64,000 nucleotides of DNA from Candidatus Poribacteria bacterium (GCA_965205015.1 OZ242029.1:5568001-5632000), one strand, 5' to 3'. Shown: positions 18,141-29,520, counted from the stretch's first letter. Notes: generated by a model from the sequence alone, not told the origin. Translations and numbers: made by a program.

Positions 18141-18821
18141 CTAATTATTCTCCAGCAGTTGCTTAAAATCCTCAATGAAATGCTCAAACAGCTTGACTTT
18201 ATTGCTCTCCTCCAGATTTGCTTCCGTTAGTACATAGGTACCATCAAGATCAATCTCTACAATAGCCCTTCCTTTCTTTGGAAGATATGTACTTGTCAAG
18301 GTGCCATCCTCGTCAGGTGTTATAAAATAAACCTTGATATGTTCTGTGGTTTCACTTTCCAGAAGTTTGAGTTTCCAATAACCTGTTTGGGCAATTCGCT
18401 CGCGCAATGTAACTTTGCTTGAAATGAGAGCAATTACTTTCCAATCCTTGGGGTCGTAAACCACAATATCAACATCAGGTAAATGCAAGCCAAATTCACC
18501 ATAGTCAATCGCCAGATTTCGCTTAACTCGACTCAGTTCTGGCGACAAGTTTCTACTTCGTTCTAACTTATTGCCATTAATCACATTCATACCAAGGGCT
18601 TCAATTGATTCCGTAATAATATGCTGGATTAACTTTTCAAAATTCTTTCCCTTGAAAGCCCGCCAACTCTGTTCATGGTCTCCATTGGGTTTGTCCCTCA
18701 AAAAATCCTGCTTATGACGTTCTTTTGCATCCTGCAAAAGTTGGGAAACCGTTTTGTAGGCTTCTGTCCCTTCTATCAATTGTCTGGCATTGTACATATC
18801 TTTCAAATCATCAAATTTCAT
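18141..18821 (-). CDS. BsaWI-like type II restriction endonuclease, paralogue 1
   Basis: DHEQSWRAFKGKNFEKLI, LPDVDIVVY, ISSKVTLRERIAQTGYWK. Directly downstream of the methyltransferase. Confidence 0.82.
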   Translation of the reverse strand: MKFDDLKDMYNARQLIEGTEAYKTVSQLLQDAKERHKQDFLRDKPNGDHEQSWRAFKGKNFEKLIQHIITESIEALGMNVINGNKLERSRNLSPELSRVKRNLAIDYGEFGLHLPDVDIVVYDPKDWKVIALISSKVTLRERIAQTGYWKLKLLESETTEHIKVYFITPDEDGTLTSTYLPKKGRAIVEIDLDGTYVLTEANLEESNKVKLFEHFIEDFKQLLENN

Positions 18822-18827
18822 AATTCT

Positions 18828-20141
18828 CTATTCCTTTAGCCCAATAACGATATACTCCGTCGGATACGCTTCGGAATCAGCTTTATCCTTGCTAGCAAAT
18901 CGTCCTGTTTTCTCGTCCCTTTTTTGGGGGAGAATCTTCAGTGGAATTTCGCGCTTTATGAGTCGATCCAATTTAAAACCTGATTGTTGCAAAGTCTCTG
19001 CGAACGCCTCAGCGTTAAGTATATCAACACCTTTTAACTTAGTATTTCCAATCACATAGCAACATCTACCGCCCGGTCTCAGGATCCTGAAACTTTCGTC
19101 AAAAACTTCCTGCATGTCAACAAAAAAGGCTTCAATCTCCTTTGCCTTTCTTCTGCTTTTAGATAGCATCTCAGCAACAATGTTGGAAGCAATTTGACTT
19201 GATAGTGGCTTGTTTTCGTACTGCTTGTAAGAGGTCCCAATGAACTCCTTCCTATACTCTTGAAGATCATCTGCAAAATCTAACCAAAGCGTTGAGAGTT
19301 GATGCAGATCGGCATATTCATAACTTGTCACATATGGACTTGAACTGACAATTATATCCACACTGTCAGCCGGTACAGGTTGCGCTTTAGCAGAACCGGG
19401 CCGGAGATTCAAATAATTGTCGGGATTATTCCTAACCTTAGGCGGTACAACATCATAAAACTGAGCATTTCCCTTCAGCATTTTCAAAAGGTGTCTTTTG
19501 ATAGCATCATAGGGAGATGTAGGACGCTTTTTTAAATCACGCGTTGGTTTGGTACTACCTTGACTCCAAATTGAACATGTTTTGAGAACATGACTAAATG
19601 CAACAAGTAGGAAGGATTGAATATCCGAGTCAGCTTCATCAAAAATCACAGCTAGGATTTTCCCCAATTCGTCCCGAACTTCTTCCGTAAACCAATAATC
19701 AATTCTCTCTAGGTGTTTATCTGGAATATGTGGTTGTCCCTGATTTCCATTAAAGAAACTATAAGTATCCTTGGAACACCAAATCCTCGAAAGAAATTGC
19801 TTAACTTTTTCCTCAAGGTAGTCGGGTCGAACTGCTGTCGCTTTCACTCCGGTCACTAAGTGAGCAACTTTATTAATGTCCGTTCCACTCGCGTGAAATC
19901 CGCGCGATATAGCACTAACAATGGTCGTTCCACATCCCATAAACGGATCATTGACACTAGCAGTCCGATCATTTATGTACTCATCCAGCAGACGTTCAAC
20001 AAGCTGTGGAATAAACTTAGCAGGGTAGCGGTGGTAACCGTGTGTCCATTTCCCTGTGTCTGATGGCTTACAACCGTCGAACGACCACGCTTTGTCAATG
20101 GAGGTCTGGTCGAACCACTCAAAAATCTCATTCGGCTCCAT
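18828..20141 (-). CDS. DNA methyltransferase, probably N4-cytosine, alpha-class motif order
   Basis: H.YH.YPAKFIPQL, motif I DPFMGCGT near the N-terminus, motif IV variant SSPY, RILRPGG..CYVIGN. Confidence 0.88.
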   Translation of the reverse strand: MEPNEIFEWFDQTSIDKAWSFDGCKPSDTGKWTHGYHRYPAKFIPQLVERLLDEYINDRTASVNDPFMGCGTTIVSAISRGFHASGTDINKVAHLVTGVKATAVRPDYLEEKVKQFLSRIWCSKDTYSFFNGNQGQPHIPDKHLERIDYWFTEEVRDELGKILAVIFDEADSDIQSFLLVAFSHVLKTCSIWSQGSTKPTRDLKKRPTSPYDAIKRHLLKMLKGNAQFYDVVPPKVRNNPDNYLNLRPGSAKAQPVPADSVDIIVSSSPYVTSYEYADLHQLSTLWLDFADDLQEYRKEFIGTSYKQYENKPLSSQIASNIVAEMLSKSRRKAKEIEAFFVDMQEVFDESFRILRPGGRCCYVIGNTKLKGVDILNAEAFAETLQQSGFKLDRLIKREIPLKILPQKRDEKTGRFASKDKADSEAYPTEYIVIGLKE

Positions 20142-20203
20142 GAATTCGGACTCCTTTCTTCGCAGGGAGAGGTTATAGAAATCAGCAGGCTAGGGTTTTA
20201 ATT

Positions 20204-20941
20204 CTACCATTGCTTCAACATCACTGTGATGTCTGCCGGTAACTGAACATTACTCTTTCGCTCAAAGTCTGCAACGCTTTCATAGATATTATGAAATTCG
20301 GTAATGATATCCACCCCTAAATTTCTAGCGAAAGTTAGATTCAATTTAGCACTTTCCCATTTTTCTACATGCAAGAAAATTATGCCGCGGGCAGCGTAGA
20401 CTTCAGTAAATTTCGGTTCAAGTTCCAGCACCTTATCATAATCCTGAATAGCCAACCCAAATTTACCAATACAGAAGTAAGCCAAAGCACGTTTGACATA
20501 AGCCTCTGTAAACCTTGGATTTAACTCAATTGCCTCACTGAAGTCTACAATGGCTTTGTCATATTCACCTTTTGCACCGTAAGTGTCACCGCGATCGTAA
20601 TAGATCTCCGGATCATGGGGACGGAGTTCTACTTCCATGTTATATCCTTTAACGGCTTTGTCGTATTCGCCTTTTTCACGGTAAAGGTCCGCGCGATACC
20701 CATGCGCGTCAGAATGTTCAGGGTCAAACTTTATTGCCATGCTAAAGTCTTCAATGGCTTTGCCATACGCATCGTACTCAACGGACAGTTTACCACGCCT
20801 GTAATAGGCTTCGGCATAATCGGGCTTGAGTTCTATCGCTTTGGTATAGTCTGCAATGGCTTTATCAAAATCAACCTTATCACGATAAGCATTACCGCGA
20901 TTGTAATATGACTTAGCATCATTAGGTTTGTGCGTTACCAC
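20204..20941 (-). CDS. Tetratricopeptide repeat protein
   Basis: Several 34-aa TPRs (YYNRGNAY...DKAIADY.KAIEL.P). C-terminal cap shared with the neighbouring gene; start uncertain. Confidence 0.85.
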   Translation of the reverse strand: MVTHKPNDAKSYYNRGNAYRDKVDFDKAIADYTKAIELKPDYAEAYYRRGKLSVEYDAYGKAIEDFSMAIKFDPEHSDAHGYRADLYREKGEYDKAVKGYNMEVELRPHDPEIYYDRGDTYGAKGEYDKAIVDFSEAIELNPRFTEAYVKRALAYFCIGKFGLAIQDYDKVLELEPKFTEVYAARGIIFLHVEKWESAKLNLTFARNLGVDIITEFHNIYESVADFERKSNVQLPADITVMLKQW

Positions 20942-20985
20942 TTCACCATACTCCCTGTCGGAAACGGTAGATTTCGGTTTCAGAT

Positions 20986-21855
20986 TTACCGCTGCATCAA
21001 CATTGCTTTGATGTCTTCCGGCAATTGAACACCATTCTTTTTCTCAAAGGCTTCAATACTTCCGTAATCATTATGAAACAGAGCGATGATATCCACCCCT
21101 TGGTTTTTTGCAAAAGTTAGGTCTGCTCTGGCTCTTTCCCATTCTTTTAAGTGTAACCACGCCTCGCCACGAGCACTATAGGCTTCAGCATAATCGGGTT
21201 CGCGTTTTAGGACTTCGTTATAATCCTTTAGGGCTTTGTCATACTCGCGTTTCTTGCAGTAGGCATTACCGCGGCGGCAATACGCTTTAGCATACTCTGG
21301 CTTGAGCTTTATCGCCTCGTCATAATCGGCGATGGCTTTGTCATATTCGCCAATATAACCGTAGGCATTGCCTCGCTTAATGTAGTCTTCAACTATTTTC
21401 GGATTGAAGCTCAAGCTTGCAGTGTAAAGTTTGATGTACCCTTTAGCCTCCTCCCTACTTTTAATTATTCCCCGAGGGTGACCGCCGTTAAGTTCTTGGC
21501 AGATCTGGATAAACCCTATCAATCCAGCACCTCCAAGTTTATTGATAAGGACTTGATTCCCGATTTCATAAATCTCAATATCTGTCATTTTTCGGATTTC
21601 GCTTTGGGGCATAGCAAACCTTTTGGCACGCGCGCGTTCCTCTGCTTCCCTTGCTGAACGCCCATCTTGGATCCGTTTGACAATCGTGTCAATATCGGGC
21701 TGATCCGCTAATTTATGCCGATCAACAGAGTAATTACCTTTACCGGGTTGGCACTGCCGAATAAACCGCGGCACTTCAGAGGCACCGAGTTTATCGGTAA
21801 GGATTTTAAGCCCCATTTCATAAAGTTCATTATCTGTCATTTCCAGCGCGTTCAT
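20986..21855 (-). CDS. TPR protein with duplicated N-terminal small antitoxin-like module
   Basis: Two MTD.E.YE.G...L..KLG......FI..CQ repeats, then TPRs, then the cap LTFA.N.GVDII..FHN.Y.S...FE.K..VQLP.DI..ML. Confidence 0.8.
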   Translation of the reverse strand: MNALEMTDNELYEMGLKILTDKLGASEVPRFIRQCQPGKGNYSVDRHKLADQPDIDTIVKRIQDGRSAREAEERARAKRFAMPQSEIRKMTDIEIYEIGNQVLINKLGGAGLIGFIQICQELNGGHPRGIIKSREEAKGYIKLYTASLSFNPKIVEDYIKRGNAYGYIGEYDKAIADYDEAIKLKPEYAKAYCRRGNAYCKKREYDKALKDYNEVLKREPDYAEAYSARGEAWLHLKEWERARADLTFAKNQGVDIIALFHNDYGSIEAFEKKNGVQLPEDIKAMLMQR

Positions 21856-22032
21856 TTTTCTTCATCTCATAGATCTTCCAGAACTGCAAATCGGTCTGCA
21901 CGCGTATATCCAGACTTCACTCGGTAATTTTTTATTTCAGATTAACTCACACAAAACAGGACCCTTTATTGAATTAGCGTATCACAGCAGGGACCAGATG
22001 TCAAGGAAAACCGAATTATGATCGGGTCTACC

Positions 22033-22096
22033 TATAGTGGATATTAGAACAACCTGGACATTGTGGATTGGCGAGGTTAGGAAACCTCGCCAGCGG
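22033..22096. repeat. Degenerate MITE-like end plus palindrome tggcgaggttaggaaacctcgcca
   Basis: The palindrome resembles the internal hairpin of the MITEs at 45870 and 59771. The left end tatagtggatattagaac...ggaca resembles the ends of the element at 46923. Confidence 0.5.
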
Positions 22097-22215
22097 TGGC
22101 AGTACGCGTGGGAGAACCGAACGCCTGGGTTATGTCATAATATTAAATTTCACGAACACACAACAATATGATATACTGCAACTAACCGAAATCCAAATAC
22201 CAGAGGTAAAAAATC

Positions 22216-24150
22216 ATGTTCCCAACGATTGAAGCGCGAACACGCATCCAAACACCACCGACATGGGCTGTCCTCGAACGCCAACTCATCGACAAAATGA
22301 ACGCTGCAGGACCAGAAGTCCTGGAGAAATATACGCGCCCAGACGGAACACTGTTCTGGCCCACACATCCAGATTTTCAGAGCATCGACGGATTGGACGA
22401 TGCTTACGAGAGTTTCCATAACTGGTCCCTCTTTTATATGCTCGGCGGTGACGCGCGGTTCTTGGCTGACGCGGATACGGAATTCGATGTCATCACAACC
22501 GATATGACGCGATACGGGACAGGTCACGGTTACCCGATGGTGGTCAAAGAATACCAACCTGGCTACGATTGGTTCCACCAAGGCGAAGGGAACTACCTCT
22601 TTTACATGCTCTGTATGGCGGACCCTTCAAACCCGAAGTACATTGAACGGGCAAAGCGGTTTGCTGGATTTTACATGGACGAGGACCCAGATGCCCCAAA
22701 CTACGATAAACAGCACAAGATCATCAAATGCGCTATGAACGGAAGCAAGGGACCCGCATTCTGGGCTTTCGCTGGACATCCATACTTCCCATGGGACGGT
22801 TACAACATGCCGTTTTACGATATCCCCGGAGCCACGAGCCATGAAACCGTCAGGGAAAACGAAGAATTGCAGACACGTATGGGGCAACTTATCCGTGAAC
22901 GTCAGGGAGTCGGGGACGCCGTCGTCAACCTCGCTGCGACGACGCTTGCTACGAATGCCTACCTGCTGACGGGTGAAGAACAATACAAAGCATGGGTTAA
23001 GGAATATGTTGACGCGTGGATCGCGCGGACAGCGGAAAACGGTGGTATTGTCCCAGACAATGTCGGGTTATCCGGAAAGATCGGAGAACACATAGACGGT
23101 AAATGGTATGGCTCTTACTACGGCTGGAGTTGGCCCCACGGGTGGCACAGTGTCGGACAAGCCGTAGGCATCGCGGCACAAAACGCCATGCTGCTCTGGC
23201 GGGACCCTGCGTATCTCGACTTTCCACGTACGCAAATTGACGTTTTAATTGAAAGAGGGATTGAGAAGAACGATCAGCTCTACGTCCCGCAGAAGTATGG
23301 GGATCCGGGTAAAGTCAACTATGTGCCGGGTGCTTGGCTACAATACCCGATTACAAACGCGGACGGCACTGCTTTGGAAGTGGACGGTTGGTTTGAGTTC
23401 ATGCCGATGCATCCATCGGATGTCGCGCATTTATGGGCACTGTCAATGCTGCCTACGGATCAGGACCGGGCAAAGACAATCGCCAAAAAAACAGGCTCGA
23501 AATTCGACATCAACGCGTGGCATCATATCAAGGACAGTGGCGGACACGACGGCGCGTGGCTCGCATACATGCGCGGTGAATATCCCGAATACCCCGAAAC
23601 AATTCTCAATCACAACCTCTCCCAAGTCGAAGCACGTCTCGCCTTCATGGCTGACGATGCCGAAGATCCAGCAAACTATGGAGATGCTTACTTCCAACGA
23701 CGCAACCCCATCACCTGCGAAGGACTGGTTCAATTGACGTGTGGCGGTCCCCTACCTCATTACAACGGCGGTTTACTCGTGACACGGGTGCGGCACTTTG
23801 ATCCGCAGCAGCAGCGACCGGGACTTCCCCCCGATGTCAGTGCATTGGTTACCAAACTGACAGCCGACACCACCGAACTCCAACTCGTCAATCTCAACAC
23901 TACAGAACCGCGGGAGGTCATCGTGCAAGCGGGGGCGATGGGTGAACACAATTTCACGTCAGTCAGCATCAACGACGATCAGAACAGGCACACCGTCTCG
24001 GTCAATGGCACATCCCTTCACGTCCATCTACCACCCTACACACAAATCGACTTAGCGTTAGGGATGCACCGTTTCGTCAATACACCGTCATATAAGCATC
24101 CGTGGGAAATCATTATGCCCAACGTTCAACGACGACCTTCTTCTGGGTGA
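22216..24150 (+). CDS. Hypothetical protein (644 aa; aromatic-rich, possibly alpha/alpha-barrel carbohydrate-active-like)
   Basis: Long ORF with RBS GAGG and motifs [28 protein letters not shown]...EGLVQLT.GG. No family recognised. Confidence 0.75.
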   Translation: MFPTIEARTRIQTPPTWAVLERQLIDKMNAAGPEVLEKYTRPDGTLFWPTHPDFQSIDGLDDAYESFHNWSLFYMLGGDARFLADADTEFDVITTDMTRYGTGHGYPMVVKEYQPGYDWFHQGEGNYLFYMLCMADPSNPKYIERAKRFAGFYMDEDPDAPNYDKQHKIIKCAMNGSKGPAFWAFAGHPYFPWDGYNMPFYDIPGATSHETVRENEELQTRMGQLIRERQGVGDAVVNLAATTLATNAYLLTGEEQYKAWVKEYVDAWIARTAENGGIVPDNVGLSGKIGEHIDGKWYGSYYGWSWPHGWHSVGQAVGIAAQNAMLLWRDPAYLDFPRTQIDVLIERGIEKNDQLYVPQKYGDPGKVNYVPGAWLQYPITNADGTALEVDGWFEFMPMHPSDVAHLWALSMLPTDQDRAKTIAKKTGSKFDINAWHHIKDSGGHDGAWLAYMRGEYPEYPETILNHNLSQVEARLAFMADDAEDPANYGDAYFQRRNPITCEGLVQLTCGGPLPHYNGGLLVTRVRHFDPQQQRPGLPPDVSALVTKLTADTTELQLVNLNTTEPREVIVQAGAMGEHNFTSVSINDDQNRHTVSVNGTSLHVHLPPYTQIDLALGMHRFVNTPSYKHPWEIIMPNVQRRPSSG

Positions 24151-25600
24151 AGAAATCGACGGCATCCCAACTCTGACCGTGGAGGTCCCCGAAGAAACTA
24201 TCCTTCCAACCGCTGAACGGGAAGAATGCCATCGGCGCGGCGACCCCGATGTTAATGCCGATATTTCCGATCTCCGCTTCATAACGGAACTTACGGGCAG
24301 ATGCGCCGCTACTCGTAAAGAGACACGCCATATTCCCGTAACGTCCACCATTGATGAGTCCGATCGCATCGTCAATCGTCTCAACATGGATAAGCCCTAA
24401 AACCGGTCCGAAGATCTCGGTTCTGGCAATATCGCCTTGTGGATTAAGGTCATTGAGGACTGTCGGACGGATAAAATTGCCGTTTTCACCGCCCGGGATG
24501 CTCGGATACCTACCATCAACGAGGAGTTGCGCCCCCTCATCAGCACCCGCTTGAATAAGTCCTTCAATTCGACGCCTGCTTTCGGAAGTGATGACGGGTC
24601 CCATTTCGACGTCTTCTTCCAGTCCATTTCCGACCACCCGATCCGTAGCGGTGTCGGCGATGGCTTCCGTGAACCAGTGACGTGCCTCGCCAACAGTGAA
24701 GGCAAGAGATGCCGCCAGGCACCGTTGTCCAGCACATCCGAAGGCACTCTCAGCCGTCGCATTGACAGTAAACTGCGGGTCCGCATCAGGCAGGACAATC
24801 AACGGATTTTTCGCGCCACCTTGACATTGAACCCGTTTGCCGTTTGCAGCGGCCTTCGCATAGATTTCTTTAGCCGTCGCAGTCGCGCCGACGAAACTGA
24901 TGCCCCGGATATCTGGATGCGTTAAGATTGCATCCACAGTCTCGCGTCCACCATTCACAAGGTTGACAACACCCTTAGGAAGTCCCGTCTGTTCCAATAA
25001 CTGAAACACCTTTTGCATCGTGATCGGCACTTTTTCGGAAGGTTTCACAATGTAAGTGTTGCCACAGGCAATAGCATAAGGGAGAAACCAGAAAGTAATC
25101 ATCCCCGGAAAGTTGAAAGGTGCGATTGCAGCACACACACCCACAGGTTGACGAATCATAAATTCGTCGATTCCGGTGGCAATATCCTCCAAGTTGGTGC
25201 CTTGCATGAGTGTCGGAATACCGCAGGCGACCTCAACATTCTCGATCGCACGCCGCATTTCACCCTTCGCCTCGTCAAGCGTCTTCCCACACTCCAGCGT
25301 AATCGTCCTGGCGATATCCTCCAAGTTCTCCTCTAACAGGTTCTTCAAGGCGAAAAGGTATTGCACACGTTCGACGGGTGGCGTCCGCCGCCATTCGTGG
25401 AGTGCATCAGCGGCGACTGTAGCGGCTTGATGGACCTCTTCCGCGGGCGAAAGCGGCACCTGCGTGAGAACCTCTCCAGTCGCTGGGTTGGTGACATCGA
25501 TCAGCTCAGCCGCCTCGGATTTTTGCCATCTGTTATTAACGTAGTTCGGTAGCGGCGTTTGTAGGTTCCCGCTTTTAAGAAGACTCACATCGGTTTCCAT
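24113..25600 (-). CDS. iolA: CoA-acylating (methyl)malonate-semialdehyde dehydrogenase
   Basis: [55 protein letters not shown] (MmsA/IolA family). Confidence 0.9.
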   Translation of the reverse strand: METDVSLLKSGNLQTPLPNYVNNRWQKSEAAELIDVTNPATGEVLTQVPLSPAEEVHQAATVAADALHEWRRTPPVERVQYLFALKNLLEENLEDIARTITLECGKTLDEAKGEMRRAIENVEVACGIPTLMQGTNLEDIATGIDEFMIRQPVGVCAAIAPFNFPGMITFWFLPYAIACGNTYIVKPSEKVPITMQKVFQLLEQTGLPKGVVNLVNGGRETVDAILTHPDIRGISFVGATATAKEIYAKAAANGKRVQCQGGAKNPLIVLPDADPQFTVNATAESAFGCAGQRCLAASLAFTVGEARHWFTEAIADTATDRVVGNGLEEDVEMGPVITSESRRRIEGLIQAGADEGAQLLVDGRYPSIPGGENGNFIRPTVLNDLNPQGDIARTEIFGPVLGLIHVETIDDAIGLINGGRYGNMACLFTSSGASARKFRYEAEIGNIGINIGVAAPMAFFPFSGWKDSFFGDLHGQSWDAVDFFTQKKVVVERWA

Positions 25601-25612
25601 CGTATCTCCTCC

Positions 25613-27052
25613 TTAGTTCTCCTTCGCGAAGAGTTCAAGTACTTTTAATTGTTCCATAGCGGCGACGATTTGCGGATCATGCTCCAGTTCGTCACGAGAA
25701 TTTTCTGTAATCTGGGCAAGTGCGTATTTAATGCCGATATCACTGAGAATAATCTGTTCTTCGGTGAGTGCGTCGCTCAAGCGTTGATAACTTCGCAGCA
25801 GTTTTGCCGCCTGCCGGTCATCACGAGAGGCGTGAGAAGCGGCTGCGAGTTGTGCTAACACATCATCGCCATTCTCTTCCATAAAGGTTTTAAGTTTCTC
25901 ATGATCTCGGAGTTTCAACTGCATCTGGCGTTCAGAACGGCTAAACCCTGCCGACTCAACATCGGGGATAATACCGACCTTGTCAATATTGACCCCGTTC
26001 GGTGTAAAGTAACTCGCGACGGTTAATTTCACAGCAGCTTTTGAATTGCTCAGCGGAAACACACGTTGAACGGATGCTTTCCCGAAGGTCTTATTGCCCA
26101 TGACAAGTCCGCGCCCGTGGTCTTTGATGGCACCAGCAACGATCTCAGAAGCACTCGCGCTCCCACCATCAACGAGTACAATTAGCGGAAAGTACTCCCT
26201 TTTGACGCCTTTCGCCTTGAAGTCCTCGCGCGTCTCAATGCCTTTACTGTAAACAACAAGTTGACCGGGGGTGAGGAAGTCGCTCGCGATATCAACGGCT
26301 GAAGTGAGGAGTCCGCCAGGATTTAAACGGAGGTCAAGAATGACACCCCGGACATCCTGTGCTTTGAAGTCCACAAAGGCGTTATCTACGTCGTTTGCTG
26401 TCGTATCAAGAAATTGATTGATTTTGATATAGCCGATATTATCTCCGATGATATCCTGTTCAACACTCGGAACCCGAATGACTTCACGCGTGACAGTAAC
26501 CTCAACCGGGCGATTATCGCCCTGACGCACGACCGTAATGGAGACAGGGGTTCCCGGTTCACCCCGCAGCTGCTCAACTGCCTCGTTCAAGGTTATAACA
26601 GCTGTCGATTCACCTTCAATATGGCTAATAATATCTCCGCTTTGCAAACCTGCCAATGAAGCAGGACTCCCCTTAAAGGGTGTAACCACAGTGAGCATAT
26701 CTTCCCGAATTCCGATAAGCATCCCAAGACCGCCGTATTTGCCGCGGTTCTGCAGTCGGAACTCAGCGATGTCCGGAATGAATTGGCTGTATGGGTCCAA
26801 TTTGCGGAGCATGCCATTGATGGCACCCTCTATCAGTTCTTTAGAATCCGGTGTTTCGAGATGTGCCTGTTTAATATAAGCAAGGATCTCTGAGAAAAGC
26901 GCGAGATTCTCCACCAATGTATCATCGGAGGTTTCTTCTGAACTCCACCCGAACGGTAGAAACGCGCAGATAAGCAACACTGATAACAAGATTCGAAAAC
27001 AGGTTCCGGGCGAAATTCGCGAGTTTCCGAAACCTACTGTTAAAAATTTCAT
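25613..27052 (-). CDS. ctpA: S41 family carboxyl-terminal processing protease
   Basis: LDPYS, PDZ GGLGM...GSPA..AGL..GD.I, LDLRLNPGGLL, SASASEIVAGA, TFGKASVQ. Confidence 0.92.
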   Translation of the reverse strand: MKFLTVGFGNSRISPGTCFRILLSVLLICAFLPFGWSSEETSDDTLVENLALFSEILAYIKQAHLETPDSKELIEGAINGMLRKLDPYSQFIPDIAEFRLQNRGKYGGLGMLIGIREDMLTVVTPFKGSPASLAGLQSGDIISHIEGESTAVITLNEAVEQLRGEPGTPVSITVVRQGDNRPVEVTVTREVIRVPSVEQDIIGDNIGYIKINQFLDTTANDVDNAFVDFKAQDVRGVILDLRLNPGGLLTSAVDIASDFLTPGQLVVYSKGIETREDFKAKGVKREYFPLIVLVDGGSASASEIVAGAIKDHGRGLVMGNKTFGKASVQRVFPLSNSKAAVKLTVASYFTPNGVNIDKVGIIPDVESAGFSRSERQMQLKLRDHEKLKTFMEENGDDVLAQLAAASHASRDDRQAAKLLRSYQRLSDALTEEQIILSDIGIKYALAQITENSRDELEHDPQIVAAMEQLKVLELFAKEN

Positions 27053-27082
27053 TTTTTATTCCTCCTGCCGACATTCCAGTTT

Positions 27083-27562
27083 TTAATAAAAGTAGTTTCG
27101 TAGCCTTTGGATACTCGGAATCCGAAAAGCGATAAAGGCTGCGACAGCACAATAGAGCAGGTCAATACGACTCATCCGTGCTTGCATCAGTTCCCAAACA
27201 GACTGTCCCTTGAACACAGTCGTCGCGATCGGCATGGCTTGCGCTATTGATATATTATGCTCTTGGCTGAGTTGCGCCGCGATTTGGGCGACCGCGTTCC
27301 ACTGGACATCCAAATATTTTCCGATAAAAATACCGAGTATTGCGAAAACCGCAGCGGCAGCACTGACAACACGCCACATCGTTCTCGCATCATGTTCGAG
27401 GGATCGGCTGCTCGTGAGGAGTATCCCGACGCCAGTCAACACACCGATACCGATAGCGATGAAGCCAGCAGTACGCCCTGTCCACTGGATATATTTCGCC
27501 CAAAGTACGCCGCCGATCGCCGCACCGAGGAGTCCGCCAAACGGCGCTGTTAAAGTGTTCAT
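27083..27562 (-). CDS. Hypothetical membrane protein
   Basis: About 4 TM helices. ATGA overlap with the gatA stop. Confidence 0.7.
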   Translation of the reverse strand: MNTLTAPFGGLLGAAIGGVLWAKYIQWTGRTAGFIAIGIGVLTGVGILLTSSRSLEHDARTMWRVVSAAAAVFAILGIFIGKYLDVQWNAVAQIAAQLSQEHNISIAQAMPIATTVFKGQSVWELMQARMSRIDLLYCAVAAFIAFRIPSIQRLRNYFY

Positions 27563-29040
27563 CCTGAAACAACTCCATCGGTCGCGATTGAGGGTTTCTG
27601 CCGATGGTGATCCGTATTCTGCTCAAACGTATAAGCAACCCGCAGAACCTTTTCTTCTGCAAAAGGCGCGCCGAGCAGTTGTAATCCAACGGGTAATCCA
27701 TTCTCCACAAAACCGCAGGGCAGAGAGATACCGGGCAACCCAGCGTGACTCGCAGGTGTTGTCATCACATCGGACAGATACATTTGCAACGGATCCGCCG
27801 TCCGTTCGCCTATTTTGAACGCCGGTGTCGGCGAAGTAGGCGTTGCAATAACGTCAACTTTCTCAAACGCTGCATCAAAATCAGATTTGATGAGCGTCCG
27901 TGCTTTCTGTGCCTTCCGATAATATGCGTCTTGATAGCCAGCACTCAGTGCGAAAGTGCCGATCATAATCCGGCGCTTCACCTCTTCACCGAACCCTTCA
28001 CTCCGCGTCCTTTTATACATATCAATCAGATCCCCTGGACTTTCGTTCCGGTAACCGTAGCGGACGCCATCGTATCTCGCGAGATTCGCACTCGCCTCAG
28101 CGGGAGCGATGATGTAGTACGTCGCGATGGCATATTCCGTATGTGGCAAAGAAATTTCCTCAACCCTCGCACCGACGGACGCAAGCACAGCGATGGCAGT
28201 GTGCACCCGATCGGCAATTTCTGCGTCTAACGCCTCTGTGAAATACTCCTTCGGAATACCGATCTTCAAGCCTTTCACGTCGTTAATGAGACTCTGTGTG
28301 AAATCCGGCACCGGGACGTCAACGGAGGTTGCATCCATCGCATCACGTCCACAGATGGCGTTGAGGAGCAGGGCACAATCGGTGACATCTTTGGTAAACG
28401 GACCGATCTGATCGAGTGAGGAGGCGAATGCGACTAAACCGTAACGCGAGACACGTCCATACGTCGGTTTCATTCCAACGACACCACAGAGTGCCGCGGG
28501 TTGGCGGATCGAACCGCCAGTATCTGAACCCAACGAACAGATAGCAGTATCCGCAGATACAACCGCAGCAGAACCACCACTGGAACCACCGGGAATCGTC
28601 TCCAAATCCCATGGATTGTGCGTAATCTGATATGCTGAGTTTTCAGTAGAGGACCCCATGGCAAACTCATCCATGTTTGTCTTACCGAGCATCACAATGC
28701 CCTGTTCATGGAGCTTCGTCATAACGGTCGCGTCGTAGGGCGGCACGAAGGTTTCAAGGATCTTAGAGGCACACGTCGTGCGGACACCCTGCGTGCATAT
28801 CACATCTTTAATCGCAATCGGGATGCCAGCCAGAGGCGGCATATCGTCACCGTTCTGAAATCCTGCGTCGGCACGACCCGCCTGCTCCAAGGCAAGGTCT
28901 CTTGTGAGCGTCAGGTACCCCTTGACGTGAGGCTCCACCTCAGCGATACGGGCATAGACAGATTCGGTGAGTTCTACGGCAGTGATCTCACGCGCTTTGA
29001 GTTTCTCATGCAGGGCATGTGCCGTCAATTCATAAAGCAT
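27559..29040 (-). CDS. gatA: Asp-tRNA(Asn)/Glu-tRNA(Gln) amidotransferase subunit A
   Basis: [50 protein letters not shown]. Confidence 0.98.
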   Translation of the reverse strand: MLYELTAHALHEKLKAREITAVELTESVYARIAEVEPHVKGYLTLTRDLALEQAGRADAGFQNGDDMPPLAGIPIAIKDVICTQGVRTTCASKILETFVPPYDATVMTKLHEQGIVMLGKTNMDEFAMGSSTENSAYQITHNPWDLETIPGGSSGGSAAVVSADTAICSLGSDTGGSIRQPAALCGVVGMKPTYGRVSRYGLVAFASSLDQIGPFTKDVTDCALLLNAICGRDAMDATSVDVPVPDFTQSLINDVKGLKIGIPKEYFTEALDAEIADRVHTAIAVLASVGARVEEISLPHTEYAIATYYIIAPAEASANLARYDGVRYGYRNESPGDLIDMYKRTRSEGFGEEVKRRIMIGTFALSAGYQDAYYRKAQKARTLIKSDFDAAFEKVDVIATPTSPTPAFKIGERTADPLQMYLSDVMTTPASHAGLPGISLPCGFVENGLPVGLQLLGAPFAEEKVLRVAYTFEQNTDHHRQKPSIATDGVVSG

Positions 29041-29168
29041 TTTTAATTATTCAATCTGGTCACTGCTCCATTACATTACGCAGTGGTTTTCGGTTAAATC
29101 TAACTGTTTCTATATTATATTATGAAAGAATTTTTAATAAAGCCATCTTGCCAACAGCCGATAGCCAC

Positions 29169-29501
29169 TTAGTGGCTGCGGTCAACCACTCTGGGAACGC
29201 CGAAGTACCCCTCTGCCGCTTCAGGGGCATTCGAGAGTACCTCTTCGCGTGGATATGACGGTTTGACAACATCCGGCTTGGCGACATGAGATGCCTCAGT
29301 TTCTGAACCCATAATAAAAACTTGATGTGGATGGATATGCGACGTCGGTGGCACATCATCCGTCTCGAGCTCATCCAATTTCCCGATATAGTCCAAAATT
29401 CGGGCAAGCTGCTCGGTGAAGTGTTCTGTCTCTTCTTCGTTAAACGCAAGACGCGCCAAGTTTGCGACATGACGTACGCCTTCGGTCGTAATCGTTGCCA
29501 T
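29169..29501 (-). CDS. gatC: Asp-tRNA(Asn)/Glu-tRNA(Gln) amidotransferase subunit C
   Basis: VRHVANLARL, L.ELETDDVPPTSH, NAPE...GYFGVPRVV. Alternative starts at 29516 and 29528. Confidence 0.93.
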   Translation of the reverse strand: MATITTEGVRHVANLARLAFNEEETEHFTEQLARILDYIGKLDELETDDVPPTSHIHPHQVFIMGSETEASHVAKPDVVKPSYPREEVLSNAPEAAEGYFGVPRVVDRSH

Positions 29502-29520
29502 TTTTTGGTATTTCATCTCC

